Notes: generated by a model not told the origin, from the letters alone. Positions 18,830 to 29,078 are shown, counted from the stretch's first letter. The stretch: DNA of 64,000 bases from Bacilli bacterium (GCA_017515795.1 JAFWEE010000006.1:20-64019), one strand, 5' to 3'. Made by a program: numbers and translations.

Positions 18830-20359
18830 TTATAAGGTTAATCTTTTAATAATTTCTTTTTCTTGTTTTTTAGAATCTATTCTATTTAAGATTTCAACAA
18901 GTTCTGCTTTTGTAAAAGCACTTACCTTATGTTTTTCAAGTTCAGCACCTGTTAACATATTTTTGTTTTCAGCAGCTTCTCTTCTTAATTCATTAATAGT
19001 ATATAAGCTATAATCTTTTGATTCAGTACCAGTTAATTTAGAGTATTCATCAATTACTTTCTTTTGTTCTAATAAAGCAACATCATAAATCATCATAAAT
19101 GCCCATATTTGTACATCATTAACTGTTCTTTCGCTTAACATTTGTTCAAATTCAGGATCATATATATCTAGACCTTCTGCAAAAGCATCATCTATAAACA
19201 TTCTTTCATATTCACCTAAACGAGCATATGCGTTTTTAACACCTAATTTAAAATTATTATATTTATTTGTTAATAATTCTTTATTCATATCTAAATCTAG
19301 ATTATTTAATGTTTTATAGTATTCATATATAGCGTTCTTATCAACTGTTCTTTCATTTAACATTTGTTCAAATTCATTATCAGTTGGCTCTAAACATTCA
19401 GCTAATGCATCATCTATAAACATTTTTTCATATTTACCTAATTTAGCATATTCAGCTTTTTTAAGTTCATTATATTTATTAACAGTTTCATCATGTTGAA
19501 TATCTTCTGCAGTAGGTTCTGTTGGTTCCACTGGTGTTACTGTTGGTTCCACTGGTGTTACTGTTGGAGTAACTGTTGGTTCTGTTGGAACTGTAATTAA
19601 TGTATTTATTGGTTTAGTTGAAGTTGTTGGAGTTGTTGGAATTGTTGGAGTAACTATTTTATTAGTTTTATCATCTTCAACTTTTGCTCTCTTACTAAAT
19701 AAATAAGATAATCTATTTTTTAGATTTAAACTTGTTTTAGTTTTTTTAATCTTTTTAAATGTCCCAATTCCACCATTCTTAGATTTAGTCTCAGTATCTT
19801 TTGGTTCAAGTTTAAGATTTTTACTTAATGAATATTGAACTTTATTCTTTAAGTTACTAAATACATTAGTTTTATTCTTTTTAATCTTTTTAATAGATCC
19901 TATACCGCCATTATTATTCTCTTTAGTTTTAACAGTATTTTCTTTTGGTTCAACTTCTGCTCTCTTACTAAATGTATAAGATATTCTATTAGTAATATTA
20001 TTATGTTTAATAGCATTTTTAATATTACTTAGTCTTTGTTTCATTGTTGGTATTTCAACAGGAATAAAGTCATTATAAATATCTTCTTTCTTAGTGTTTT
20101 TCATATCATCTACATATAGTAAACCAATAGGTCTATTATATCTACTATTAATTATACTTCCTGACTTTGGTTCAACTTTAAAAGTTTTCATTCTAGAATT
20201 AATAATATATCCTCCAGGAACAATTAAGTCTTCTGGATCTATATCTTCTTTAGTATCTAATACTAGATCATTTCCTTTATATGCAAACCTATAATCTGGA
20301 TTAAGTCTAGCTATTTCTTGTATTAATTTTTTAAAATCTCTTTCACTAGAATAATTCAT
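18830..20359 (-). CDS. hypothetical protein (509 aa), paralog of 17569-18741 carrying the same duplicated module
   Basis: Modules at about aa 294-350 and 366-425 (DNA 19085-19480): YEKMFIDDALAECLEPTDNEFEQMLNERTV and YERMFIDDAFAEGLDIYDPEFEQMLSERTV. Also basic GGIG-KKIKK repeats and a PT-rich linker. SD AAGGGGGA. Confidence 0.7.
   Translation of the reverse strand: MNYSSERDFKKLIQEIARLNPDYRFAYKGNDLVLDTKEDIDPEDLIVPGGYIINSRMKTFKVEPKSGSIINSRYNRPIGLLYVDDMKNTKKEDIYNDFIPVEIPTMKQRLSNIKNAIKHNNITNRISYTFSKRAEVEPKENTVKTKENNNGGIGSIKKIKKNKTNVFSNLKNKVQYSLSKNLKLEPKDTETKSKNGGIGTFKKIKKTKTSLNLKNRLSYLFSKRAKVEDDKTNKIVTPTIPTTPTTSTKPINTLITVPTEPTVTPTVTPVEPTVTPVEPTEPTAEDIQHDETVNKYNELKKAEYAKLGKYEKMFIDDALAECLEPTDNEFEQMLNERTVDKNAIYEYYKTLNNLDLDMNKELLTNKYNNFKLGVKNAYARLGEYERMFIDDAFAEGLDIYDPEFEQMLSERTVNDVQIWAFMMIYDVALLEQKKVIDEYSKLTGTESKDYSLYTINELRREAAENKNMLTGAELEKHKVSAFTKAELVEILNRIDSKKQEKEIIKRLTL
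19512..19650 (-). repeat. in-frame tandem repeats encoding a Pro/Thr-rich linker
   Basis: Perfect 21-nt tandem duplication gttggttccactggtgttact at 19521-19541 and 19542-19562. Flanked by 9/12-nt gttgg-type periodic units (gttgttgga three times near 19622-19648). Encodes TVTPTVTPVEPTVTPVEPTEPT and PTIPTTPTTST. Confidence 0.85.
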
Positions 20360-20502
20360 TATAATTTCCCCCTTTGAAAATATGCGCTATATGATACCAC
20401 CAAGGCCTTTTTTTGTCAAATAATTTGCCCTTTTTTTAAAAGAGTAGTATAATCTTATTTGTGAAACGCATTAACTTTATATTTTGGTAGAAAGGAAAGA
20501 AT

Positions 20503-22188
20503 ATGAAATTTTTTGAAAATAATACTGATACTAAAGTATTTGCGCTTGGAGGTCTTGGAGAAGTCGGAAAAAACATGTATTGTATAATGCATGGTAATGA
20601 ACTTGTTATCGTTGATTCTGGAGTACTATTTCCGGAAGCTGATTTATTAGGTATTGATTATGTAATACCAGACTTCTCATTTTTAAAAGAAAACGAGAAT
20701 AAAATTAAGGGATTATTTATTACACACGGTCATGAAGATCATATTGGAAGTATACCTTTTTTACTTCAAACAGTGAATATTCCTGCGATTTATGCGCCTA
20801 ATCAAGCTGCAAATCTTATCAAAAAGAAATTAGCAGACAGAAATATTAGATTTGATAATATTATTGTTTATAATGAAAAAGACAAATATAAGTTTAAAAA
20901 TATAGAAGTAGAATTTATAGCAACTACTCACTCTATTCCAGATAGTTATGCTATTGTTATTAGAACACCAGATGGTGTAATAGTAGAATCAGGAGACTAT
21001 AAATTTGATATGACTCCTATTGGACCTATGGCTAACTTACAAAAGATGGCTAAAATAGGATCTGAAGGTGTTACTCTACTTATGAATGAAAGTACTAATG
21101 TAGAAAGAGAAGGAGTTTCTCTTTCAGAATCTAAAGTAGACGAAGCTTTATCTGATTTATTTAGAAGACAAACTGGAAGAATAATTGTTGCTACATTTGC
21201 ATCTAATGTATTTAGATTAAAACATATTATAGAAACTGCTAAAAGAAATAATAGAAAAGTAGTACTATTTGGAAGAAGTATGGTTAACCAAGTAGAAATA
21301 GCTATAGAATCTGGAATAATAGAAAATAATGGTACTATTATTTCTCCAGAAGAATCTAATAACTTAAAACCAGAAGAAGTATGTTTACTTTGTACTGGTA
21401 CTCAAGGAGAACCTTTAGCAGCCTTATCTAGAATGGCAAATGGTACTCATAAACAAATAAAACTAGTTCCAAGCGATATAGTTATATTCTCATCATCACC
21501 TATTCCTGGTAATGGTGAAGCAGTAGCTATTACTCTTAATAAACTAGCTTTAAATGGAATTAAAACATACACAAATGCAATTTTAGGAGACATTCATTCA
21601 TCAGGACATGGTAATCAAGAAGAATTAAAGTTAATGATAAGATTATTAAAACCAAAATACTTAATGCCTATCCACGGTGATTATAGATACCTAAGAAAAC
21701 ATGAAGAAATAGCTATAGCATGTAAAATGCCAAAGAACCATATATTCCCTATGATGAATGGTGAAATATTATCTATTAAAAATGGTGTATGTAAAAGAGC
21801 AGGATCATTTCCTTGCTATGACATATATGTAGATGGTAATAGAATTGGTGATGTTGGTGGAGCTGTTATTAAAGATAGAAAAATAATGTCTAATGATGGA
21901 ATACTAGTTCTAGTATGTAATCTAGATATTAAAGGTAAGAAACTTCTTGGAAAAGTTAATCAAGCAACAAGAGGATTTGTTTTAGTAAATGAAAATGAGG
22001 AATTACTTTCTCAAATAGAAAATAAAGCTGAAGAAGTTATTAAAAGAGAACTTAATAATAAGAAGTTTAATATAGCTGATTTAAAGAATAAAATAATAAC
22101 AGATGTTAATGATTTCATAATAGAAAAAACTGGTAGAAAACCAATTATTATGCCTGTTATTATGGATATAAAAAGTAGTGATAAATAA
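20503..22188 (+). CDS. rnj: ribonuclease J
   Basis: Metallo-beta-lactamase/beta-CASP: FALGGLGEVGKNMY, HGHEDHIG, and a typical 555-aa-class length. Confidence 0.92.
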   Translation: MKFFENNTDTKVFALGGLGEVGKNMYCIMHGNELVIVDSGVLFPEADLLGIDYVIPDFSFLKENENKIKGLFITHGHEDHIGSIPFLLQTVNIPAIYAPNQAANLIKKKLADRNIRFDNIIVYNEKDKYKFKNIEVEFIATTHSIPDSYAIVIRTPDGVIVESGDYKFDMTPIGPMANLQKMAKIGSEGVTLLMNESTNVEREGVSLSESKVDEALSDLFRRQTGRIIVATFASNVFRLKHIIETAKRNNRKVVLFGRSMVNQVEIAIESGIIENNGTIISPEESNNLKPEEVCLLCTGTQGEPLAALSRMANGTHKQIKLVPSDIVIFSSSPIPGNGEAVAITLNKLALNGIKTYTNAILGDIHSSGHGNQEELKLMIRLLKPKYLMPIHGDYRYLRKHEEIAIACKMPKNHIFPMMNGEILSIKNGVCKRAGSFPCYDIYVDGNRIGDVGGAVIKDRKIMSNDGILVLVCNLDIKGKKLLGKVNQATRGFVLVNENEELLSQIENKAEEVIKRELNNKKFNIADLKNKIITDVNDFIIEKTGRKPIIMPVIMDIKSSDK

Positions 22189-22203
22189 TCACTACTTTTT
22201 TTA
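22171..22203 (+). terminator. intrinsic terminator of rnj
   Basis: 12-bp stem aaaagtagtgat / atcactactttt with loop aaata, containing the rnj stop at 22186-22188. Followed by a T-run. Confidence 0.55.
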
Positions 22204-22208
22204 AAAAT

Positions 22209-22236
22209 AAAAGATAGTGATTACTCACTATCTTTT
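22209..22236 (-). terminator. hairpin terminator at the pnp 3' end
   Basis: 10-bp stem aagatagtga / tcactatctt with loop ttac, spanning the last pnp codons and the stop at 22221-22223. T-runs on both sides, so it may act bidirectionally. Confidence 0.45.
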
Positions 22237-24389
22237 TTATCTTTTGTTTCAGGATTTAAAGCTTCTTTTCTAGATAAGTTAAGTTTACCTCTCTTATCAA
22301 AACCAGTAGCTTTAACTAAGATTTCATCTCCTACAGAAACTACATCAGATGGTTTTTCAACTCTTTCATTTGCAAGTTGTGAAACATGTACAAATCCATC
22401 TAATCCTTCCCATAAGTTAACAAAGCATCCATAGTCTTCAACTTTAACTACAGTACCCTCATAAATCTTACCTATTTCAACTTCTTTTACACAGTTTAAG
22501 ATCATATCTTTAGTTTTATTAATAACATCTCTATCAGTATGATAAATAATTACTCTTCCATCATCATCTATATCTACTTTAACAGCATTTATATCACTAA
22601 CAGAATTTACATTAGAAGCTTCTAATATAATCTTAGTAATCATTTCTCCGCCTTTACCAATAACATCTTTAATTCTTGAAGGATTAATCATGAATGTATC
22701 AGTCTTAGGAGCATACTTAGAAACATCTTCTCTAGGTGCTGGAATTTGTTTTTCCATAACATCTAAGATTTCAAATCTAGCTTTCTTAGCTTGTGCTAAA
22801 GCTTCTTTTAATATTTGTTTTGTAATACCTTTAATCTTGATATCCATTTGTAGAGAACAAATACCTTTTCTTGTTCCACCTACTTTAAAGTCCATATCAC
22901 CAAGGTGATCTTCCATACCTTGGATATCAGTTAAGATTGTATAGTCTTTTCCATCAGCAGATGTAATAAGACCCATAGCAATACCAGCAACTGGAGCTTT
23001 AATTGGAACACCAGCAGCCATTAATGACATACAACCAGCACAGATAGTAGCTTGTGAACTAGAACCATTAGATTCTAATATTTCAGAAACTACTCTAACT
23101 GTATATGGGAACTCTTCTTCAGATGGCATAACTTGTTTTAAACATCTTTCACCAAGAGCACCATGTCCAATTTCTCTTCTTCCTGGACTACCATATCTTC
23201 CTGTTTCTCCAACTGAGAATTGTGGGAAGTTATAATGAAGCATAAAATGTTTTTCTGCTTCTAGGCTTAATCCATCTAATGCTTGATATTCATTTAATGC
23301 ACCAAGAGTAGTAACTGCAAGTGCTTGAGTTTCTCCTCTTGTAAATACAGCAGAACCATGAGTTCTAGGAAGTACATCTATTTCAGTAGATAGAGGTCTA
23401 ATTTCATCCATCTTTCTACCATCTGATCTACTCTTTTCATTAACTGTAATAGATCTAAATAAATCATATTCAATTGATTCTAAAACTAATTTAACTTTAG
23501 TAATTAATTCAACTAATTCTTCTTTATCTAAATCAGCATTTTCTTCTTCATATTTAGCTACTACTTCAGCTTTAACATTATCAATAGCTTCATATTTAGC
23601 TAATTTTTCTTTTATTCTAAGAGCTGCATCTAATTTATCAGAAGCTAACTCTTTAATTTCATTTCTAAGTTCATCAGATATTTCAAGATGTTCATATTCC
23701 ATCTTTTCCCCACCAATTTCGCTAATAATCTTTTCTTGGAATTCACATAATTCTTTAACAGCTTCATGTCCAAACATTAAGGCTTCTAACATATCTTCTT
23801 CAGATACTTCTTTAGAACCAGCTTCAACCATGTTGATAGCTTCTTTTGTACCAGCAACTGTTAAATCAATATCAGATACTTCTAGTTCAGCAGGAGTTGG
23901 GTTAATAACAAATTCTCCATTAACTCTACCTACTTTAACACCAGCTATTGGTCCATCAAATGGAATTTTAGATATTGATGTACAAAGTGAAGATCCAAAC
24001 ATAGCAGTTAATTCTGGTGAATAATCAGGATCTACTGATAATACAGTATTAACTACTTGTACTTCATTTCTGAAGTCTTCTGGGAACATAGGTCTCATTG
24101 GTCTATCGATCATTCTAGCAGCTAATGTAGCAGCATCTGTAGGTCTACCTTCCCTCTTAATAAATCCACCAGGTATTTTACCTACTGAATATAATTTTTC
24201 TTGGTATAAAACCATTAATGGAAAGAAATCACTAAGTACATTAGCATTTGGAGATACTACTACTGTAGAAAGTATTACAGTATCACCATATCTAACTAAA
24301 ACACTACCATGTGCTTGTTTAGCATACTCTCCATTTTCAACTATTAATTTTCTTCCACGAAAATCCATTTCAAATGTTTTCTTACTCAT
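22221..24389 (-). CDS. pnp: polyribonucleotide nucleotidyltransferase (PNPase)
   Basis: Two RNase PH domains plus KH and S1 ([15 protein letters not shown]...GFVHVSQL), 722 aa, downstream of rpsO as in most bacteria. Confidence 0.95.
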   Translation of the reverse strand: MSKKTFEMDFRGRKLIVENGEYAKQAHGSVLVRYGDTVILSTVVVSPNANVLSDFFPLMVLYQEKLYSVGKIPGGFIKREGRPTDAATLAARMIDRPMRPMFPEDFRNEVQVVNTVLSVDPDYSPELTAMFGSSLCTSISKIPFDGPIAGVKVGRVNGEFVINPTPAELEVSDIDLTVAGTKEAINMVEAGSKEVSEEDMLEALMFGHEAVKELCEFQEKIISEIGGEKMEYEHLEISDELRNEIKELASDKLDAALRIKEKLAKYEAIDNVKAEVVAKYEEENADLDKEELVELITKVKLVLESIEYDLFRSITVNEKSRSDGRKMDEIRPLSTEIDVLPRTHGSAVFTRGETQALAVTTLGALNEYQALDGLSLEAEKHFMLHYNFPQFSVGETGRYGSPGRREIGHGALGERCLKQVMPSEEEFPYTVRVVSEILESNGSSSQATICAGCMSLMAAGVPIKAPVAGIAMGLITSADGKDYTILTDIQGMEDHLGDMDFKVGGTRKGICSLQMDIKIKGITKQILKEALAQAKKARFEILDVMEKQIPAPREDVSKYAPKTDTFMINPSRIKDVIGKGGEMITKIILEASNVNSVSDINAVKVDIDDDGRVIIYHTDRDVINKTKDMILNCVKEVEIGKIYEGTVVKVEDYGCFVNLWEGLDGFVHVSQLANERVEKPSDVVSVGDEILVKATGFDKRGKLNLSRKEALNPETKDKKDSE

Positions 24390-24461
24390 CTTTTTTCCTC
24401 TTTCTTAAATCCTCTTTCTTTTTTCCTCTTACAAAGACTATTCTATCACAAAACAAAAGAA

Positions 24462-24482
24462 AAAACACTATAAAAGTGTTTT
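24462..24482 (-). terminator. rpsO-pnp intergenic hairpin (weak terminator/processing site)
   Basis: 8-bp stem aaaacact / agtgtttt with a 5-nt loop, overlapping the rpsO stop at 24481-24483. Followed on the minus strand by TTCTTTTGTTTTG. An extended -10 (TGATAGAAT, 24448-24440) downstream could be a separate pnp promoter. Confidence 0.4.
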
Positions 24483-24750
24483 ATTTTCTTAAACCTAATT
24501 TTTTAATTATTTCTCTATATCTGTTTACATCAGTTCTCTTAAGATATTCTAGAAGTCTTCTACGTCTTCCAACTTTCTTAAGTAAACCTCTCTTAGAATG
24601 AAAATCATGAATATTAACTTTTAAATGTTCAGTTAAAGTATTAATTTCTTCAGTTAATAAAGCAATTTGTACTTCTGCAGAACCAGTATCTTTATCATTA
24701 ATACCATATTTCTTAATTAATTCTAATTTCTTATCTGCTTTTAAAGCCAT
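24481..24750 (-). CDS. rpsO: 30S ribosomal protein S15
   Basis: 89 aa with [48 protein letters not shown], a canonical S15 sequence. Confidence 0.95.
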   Translation of the reverse strand: MALKADKKLELIKKYGINDKDTGSAEVQIALLTEEINTLTEHLKVNIHDFHSKRGLLKKVGRRRRLLEYLKRTDVNRYREIIKKLGLRK

Positions 24751-24863
24751 AATTTAGTTCTCCTTTCTTAATAATTCGCCTTTGTACTGAGTATTGGTTG
24801 GAGTTTCCAAATACCAAGAACAAGGTACGTAATAAATTATATCATAAAACTCTTATAAATCAA
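24751..24863 (-). promoter_or_regulatory. rpsO promoter and structured 5' leader (possible S15 autoregulatory element)
   Basis: Minus strand: TTGATT (24863-24858), 16 nt, extended -10 TGATATAAT (24844-24836). The ~80-nt leader contains hairpin TTGG-tat-TTGGA / TCCAA-CCAA (24794-24817). The S15-binding role is inference only. Confidence 0.35.
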
Positions 24864-25404
24864 GAGGTTTTAATATTTTTTTGTTATCTCCTTTTTTACT
24901 AGTATCTCTTGCAGTTCTATACATTTCTTGAAGACCATACTCTGAAACTAGTCTTAATGTTAACATTACATATCTTTTAGATGCCAAATCTTTTTTACCA
25001 CTATTAACTAAATCTGCTATTTTTTCTAGTCTTGGATATATCATCATTGCTCTTAAATAATTATCATCTGAATCCATTAATTTTTCAGCAATTACTGGCC
25101 CAGTAGCATTATAAGCACTCATAAATCTATTATAATTTTCATTTTTATCAAATACATCTTTTAAACTCATTAAACTAGTATAAAAAGAAGCATTTTTATC
25201 AATTGTTAATATATTACTTACTGCATTTACTATATACCAACCATATTCTTTTACAAGAGGACAATTAGCATATGCTCTTATTTCATCATAACAATAATAT
25301 TTATCATAAGTATAAGGAACATCTTCCTCTTTACCTGATATTATGCATTTATAACATGTAGTAATGCAAGAACCTCTATCTATACAATATTTACACCAAG
25401 TCAT
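24853..25404 (-). CDS. hypothetical Cys-rich protein (183 aa)
   Basis: The N-terminal 50 aa carry 8 Cys (CKYCIDRGSCITTCYKCI...YYCYDEIRAYANCP). The rest looks helical. No family recognised. Confidence 0.6.
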   Translation of the reverse strand: MTWCKYCIDRGSCITTCYKCIISGKEEDVPYTYDKYYCYDEIRAYANCPLVKEYGWYIVNAVSNILTIDKNASFYTSLMSLKDVFDKNENYNRFMSAYNATGPVIAEKLMDSDDNYLRAMMIYPRLEKIADLVNSGKKDLASKRYVMLTLRLVSEYGLQEMYRTARDTSKKGDNKKILKPLDL

Positions 25405-25462
25405 AAAAAATCACCCTTTTCTTGAGTGATTATATTATACTAAATCATATATATAGTCAATA

Positions 25463-25810
25463 TTATTTATATTCTATATCAGTAATACTTGCAATAGCAG
25501 CTATTAAACCCATAGATGCTTTACATGTAATTTCTACTGTATCATTCTTATCTAATGTTACTTCTTGAGTAATAGTTTTTTCAACACATCTAAATTCAAC
25601 TACGTGTTTTCCTGGAGATACTACTTTTTCTAATGACTTACCATTACCAAGATTATCTAATTTTTCTCCATCAATAAATACTGGAAATGAAATGGCAAAT
25701 CCCATTACTTTCTTTTCTCTAGTTACTATTATCTTTTTAGTTTTATTCTTTTCACAAGCATCACATATACCTGCTTCATTTAATGCTTTTCCACATTCTG
25801 TACAATACAT
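25463..25810 (-). CDS. hypothetical zinc-ribbon protein (115 aa)
   Basis: N-terminal CTECG...CDAC zinc ribbon. Start at ATG 25810. The track start at 25819 is a GTG inside the SD AGAGGTGA. Confidence 0.55.
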   Translation of the reverse strand: MYCTECGKALNEAGICDACEKNKTKKIIVTREKKVMGFAISFPVFIDGEKLDNLGNGKSLEKVVSPGKHVVEFRCVEKTITQEVTLDKNDTVEITCKASMGLIAAIASITDIEYK

Positions 25811-25854
25811 ATTATTCACCTCTATTTAATTATATAAAAAAAATAGACATAAGT

Positions 25855-26169
25855 CTATTTTCTTTTTATAAGAATTCTCACTATATAAAATAATAAACAA
25901 GCATACATTAAGAACATAAACCATATAACAAGAGTATATAAAAGTCCTCCAGTACCAGTATATTTACTGATCATAGATACTACTGATTCTGGTATATACT
26001 TATTTACTAGATTAGATAATTCTTTAACATGAATATTACTTACTAGAAAATGAAGTAATCTATATAAAATATCTAAACTACATACTGCATATACAAATGA
26101 CGAAAATCTTCTAAATAAGAATACTATTATTAATACTACTATTATAAATACAATTAAATTAACTAACAT
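25855..26169 (-). CDS. hypothetical small membrane protein (104 aa)
   Basis: Three hydrophobic helices. ATG 26169 is preceded by AGAGGTAG. Confidence 0.5.
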   Translation of the reverse strand: MLVNLIVFIIVVLIIVFLFRRFSSFVYAVCSLDILYRLLHFLVSNIHVKELSNLVNKYIPESVVSMISKYTGTGGLLYTLVIWFMFLMYACLLFYIVRILIKRK

Positions 26170-26191
26170 ACACACTACCTCTAATTATATT

Positions 26192-27067
26192 TTAATTAGA
26201 ATTAGAATCAATATCAATATCACTGTTAAATACCTTTACAGGTTTTACGAGATTATTATCCTGTTTATAAATAGCTATCACATCATGGTTATATGTAAAT
26301 ATAAACTCTGGATAATTATATATGTTTTCTAATTTATTACCATTTATAACCTTTTTTAATAGTTCATTATTAGTTATTTCTACTTTAGGTATATCTAGTG
26401 CATCTATTATAGGAATAAGCTTATAATTGCCTTCTTTTATGTCTTCTAGAGTATATGAATCCTCTATAGAATATTTACCTTGTTTAGTTCTATTTAGTTC
26501 TTCCATAACTCCAATAGTACCTAGATTCTTACATATATCATTTATTAAACTTCTTATATAAGTACCTTTACTAACATGACATTTAATATAAAAACTATTA
26601 TCTTTTATATCTGATATTCTTTCTAATGAATACACTGTTACTTTATGATGAGGTAATTCCACAGGAATATTATTTCTTGCATATTCATATAATTTTTTAC
26701 CATTTACTTTAACTGCACTATATAATGGTACTTCCATATCATAATCATGTGGAAAACTAGATAATACTTTATCTATATCTTCATTAGTAATATTTACTTC
26801 TTTAGTATCTAATACTTTTCCTGTAATATCTAAAGTATCTGTTTTAATGCCTAGTTTTACCTTAGCAATATATTCTTTATCTAAAGATGTAATATGATCT
26901 ACTATCTTTAATGCTTTACCTATAGCAATTACTAATACTCCAGTAGCAAGTGGATCTAACGTTCCAGTATGACCTACTTTCTTAGTATTAAATATATGAC
27001 ACATTTCATTTACTACATCTCTACTAGTTAAATTTTTATCTTTATTTACTATTATTAATCCATTCAT
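26192..27067 (-). CDS. truB: tRNA pseudouridine(55) synthase
   Basis: GLIIVNKDKNLTSRDVV...VGHTGTLDPLATGVL catalytic Asp motif. Confidence 0.92.
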   Translation of the reverse strand: MNGLIIVNKDKNLTSRDVVNEMCHIFNTKKVGHTGTLDPLATGVLVIAIGKALKIVDHITSLDKEYIAKVKLGIKTDTLDITGKVLDTKEVNITNEDIDKVLSSFPHDYDMEVPLYSAVKVNGKKLYEYARNNIPVELPHHKVTVYSLERISDIKDNSFYIKCHVSKGTYIRSLINDICKNLGTIGVMEELNRTKQGKYSIEDSYTLEDIKEGNYKLIPIIDALDIPKVEITNNELLKKVINGNKLENIYNYPEFIFTYNHDVIAIYKQDNNLVKPVKVFNSDIDIDSNSN

Positions 27068-27849
27068 TTTAATACAAGTTTTTTTATTGTAGATTCAGAA
27101 TCATATGGTATTTCTTTTAACTCATATTTATCTGCTATCTCCAATACTTTCTCCCCTAAATATTCATTATCTATTTGATCATTATCAGCACATAATACTC
27201 TATCTATCATATCATCATCTAAACCAAAGAATTTTAATGCTCTAGCATTTCTATTTGTAAATCTTCCAAACAAAGATCTTAAATAATAATGAGTTAATGA
27301 TAACATATCTAATTGCTTTGTATAATGACCATGTTCACCATATTTAACTAATCTTTCTGACATTCCTCCTAATATAAAAGGTATTTCAGAAGTTACTTGA
27401 TCACCTATTTGAATATCTTCATAATCAGTTATATGTACTTTTCCTTCTTTATCTACAATAATAGAAGTATCTAATAAATGTGGAAATACTATATCCTCTC
27501 CTGCGCCTTTAACTATTCCTTCTAATTGTAAATATCTATCTGCTAGTTTATATAAATCTAATCTATCTTTATCATTAGATTCCTTATCCATTCTTTTTAC
27601 ATAGTCCATAGTATAACCAATAAACTTACCATCATCAATTACTATTTTTTTTGGAAGAACTACACCATTTAAATCTATAGGATTAGATACTCTTTTTTCT
27701 ATTTCTTCTCCCTTAGCATCTAATATCTTTGGAGAAAAAATCTTAGCTACTTGATTATCCTTAGTTTTATAATATATAATTCCCGTTTTAGTAATAAAAG
27801 GTTTTTCTACAACTTTTAATTTTAAATCATCTGAAAATACTTTTTCCAT
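27064..27849 (-). CDS. atypical protein-kinase-like protein, paralog 1 (261 aa)
   Basis: Kinase-like N-lobe (TGIIYYKTKDNQVAKIF), hinge GYTMDYV, degenerate catalytic region IVFPHLLDTSIIVDKEGKVHITDYE. Overlaps the truB start by 4 nt. Start at ATG 27849 with SD AGGAGGG. Confidence 0.55.
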   Translation of the reverse strand: MEKVFSDDLKLKVVEKPFITKTGIIYYKTKDNQVAKIFSPKILDAKGEEIEKRVSNPIDLNGVVLPKKIVIDDGKFIGYTMDYVKRMDKESNDKDRLDLYKLADRYLQLEGIVKGAGEDIVFPHLLDTSIIVDKEGKVHITDYEDIQIGDQVTSEIPFILGGMSERLVKYGEHGHYTKQLDMLSLTHYYLRSLFGRFTNRNARALKFFGLDDDMIDRVLCADNDQIDNEYLGEKVLEIADKYELKEIPYDSESTIKKLVLK

Positions 27850-27907
27850 AAAACCCTCCTGCACTTTTAATATAACACAGCATAATAAAAAGAGCAATTG
27901 AATTGCT

Positions 27908-29029
27908 CTACTTTATCTTTAAAATACCATTAATTGTATTACTAATCCATGTATCTATATCATTATCATTAACAGTTTCTTTATTAGTAAGAGATCCTAT
28001 TAAATAATAAGTATCATTTATATTAAATACAAATGAATCATATTTTATTCCATCAGAAGATACACTATTATCATCATATATAAGCATAGTACTTATACCA
28101 TTATAATTATAATCTTTTAACTTATAATTCTTACTTTTAATATATGACTCAAATTTATCTTTATCATCTAATTCAGAGAATGATATTAATGAATTATCTT
28201 TAATATATGTTGCAGTTGTAAATGATAAGCCACTTGTTTTATCAGTTGTAGAATAATATTGAATTATATTTGCATCTTTTACTAAAAGAGTTACATTATC
28301 ATTTAATTTAATATTTTTATTATCTAAATTAACATAATTAGTATTAAATTCTTTTGTTTCTTCTACTGATATAGAATTCATTATTTTATTTTTTAGTTCT
28401 TCATAAATAGATTCAGTTATTTTAGATTCATTATATACAGATGGTAATTCTAAATGAATAGCTACTTTATCATCTATTACTTTATAGAATGTATTAGGAT
28501 AAATAGATAAATTAGATTTTCCATTTTCTTTCCATTCTTTGTCTGATAAATCCATTTTATCATCTTTTAATCCAACATAAATATTCATAGTATAATACTT
28601 TAAATCACTACCTAATATTGCAAAACTTATTACGTTATCTTTTTGATTTAAACTATATAAATTTAAATATTTAATATCTTTTAAAGATAATTTATAATAC
28701 TTTGGATTATCAACAGAATTAATAAAATAATAATCAATATTTGATGGATTAAATAATAATTTACCTTTATAATTGTCTCCTGTAGTTTTAGAGTAATTCA
28801 TATTAATTACTACTTCATTAGTTCTATTACTATCATATTTAGCTTCTAAATTTTCTTTACTTAATAAACTAACATCATATATAAAATTAAATGAACCGTC
28901 TTTACTGAATGCTACTCCTTTACTAGTACCATCATTAAAGAAACTCTTTACAAGAGAATAAGATAATATTAAAAATAATCCAATTATACAAATTGTTATA
29001 AATTTACTATTCTTTCCCGAGTTATTCAT
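27908..29029 (-). CDS. hypothetical membrane-anchored extracytoplasmic protein (373 aa)
   Basis: N-terminal TM (FITICIIGLFLILSYSLV) followed by a beta-rich N/S/Y/K-rich region. Start at ATG 29029 with SD AGGTGA. Confidence 0.6.
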   Translation of the reverse strand: MNNSGKNSKFITICIIGLFLILSYSLVKSFFNDGTSKGVAFSKDGSFNFIYDVSLLSKENLEAKYDSNRTNEVVINMNYSKTTGDNYKGKLLFNPSNIDYYFINSVDNPKYYKLSLKDIKYLNLYSLNQKDNVISFAILGSDLKYYTMNIYVGLKDDKMDLSDKEWKENGKSNLSIYPNTFYKVIDDKVAIHLELPSVYNESKITESIYEELKNKIMNSISVEETKEFNTNYVNLDNKNIKLNDNVTLLVKDANIIQYYSTTDKTSGLSFTTATYIKDNSLISFSELDDKDKFESYIKSKNYKLKDYNYNGISTMLIYDDNSVSSDGIKYDSFVFNINDTYYLIGSLTNKETVNDNDIDTWISNTINGILKIK

Positions 29030-29078
29030 ATTATCACCTAAAATAATTATACCATGAAAATAAAAAAATAAGAGCAAA

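Noticed and set aside
20381-20420. Locally GC-richer patch (gcgctatatgataccaccaaggcc) in the 143-nt rnj upstream region, considered as a small RNA or riboswitch
   Set aside because: I could fold no convincing conserved structure by eye. The region is adequately explained by divergent promoters (TTGCCC-17-TATAAT for rnj) and a short leader.
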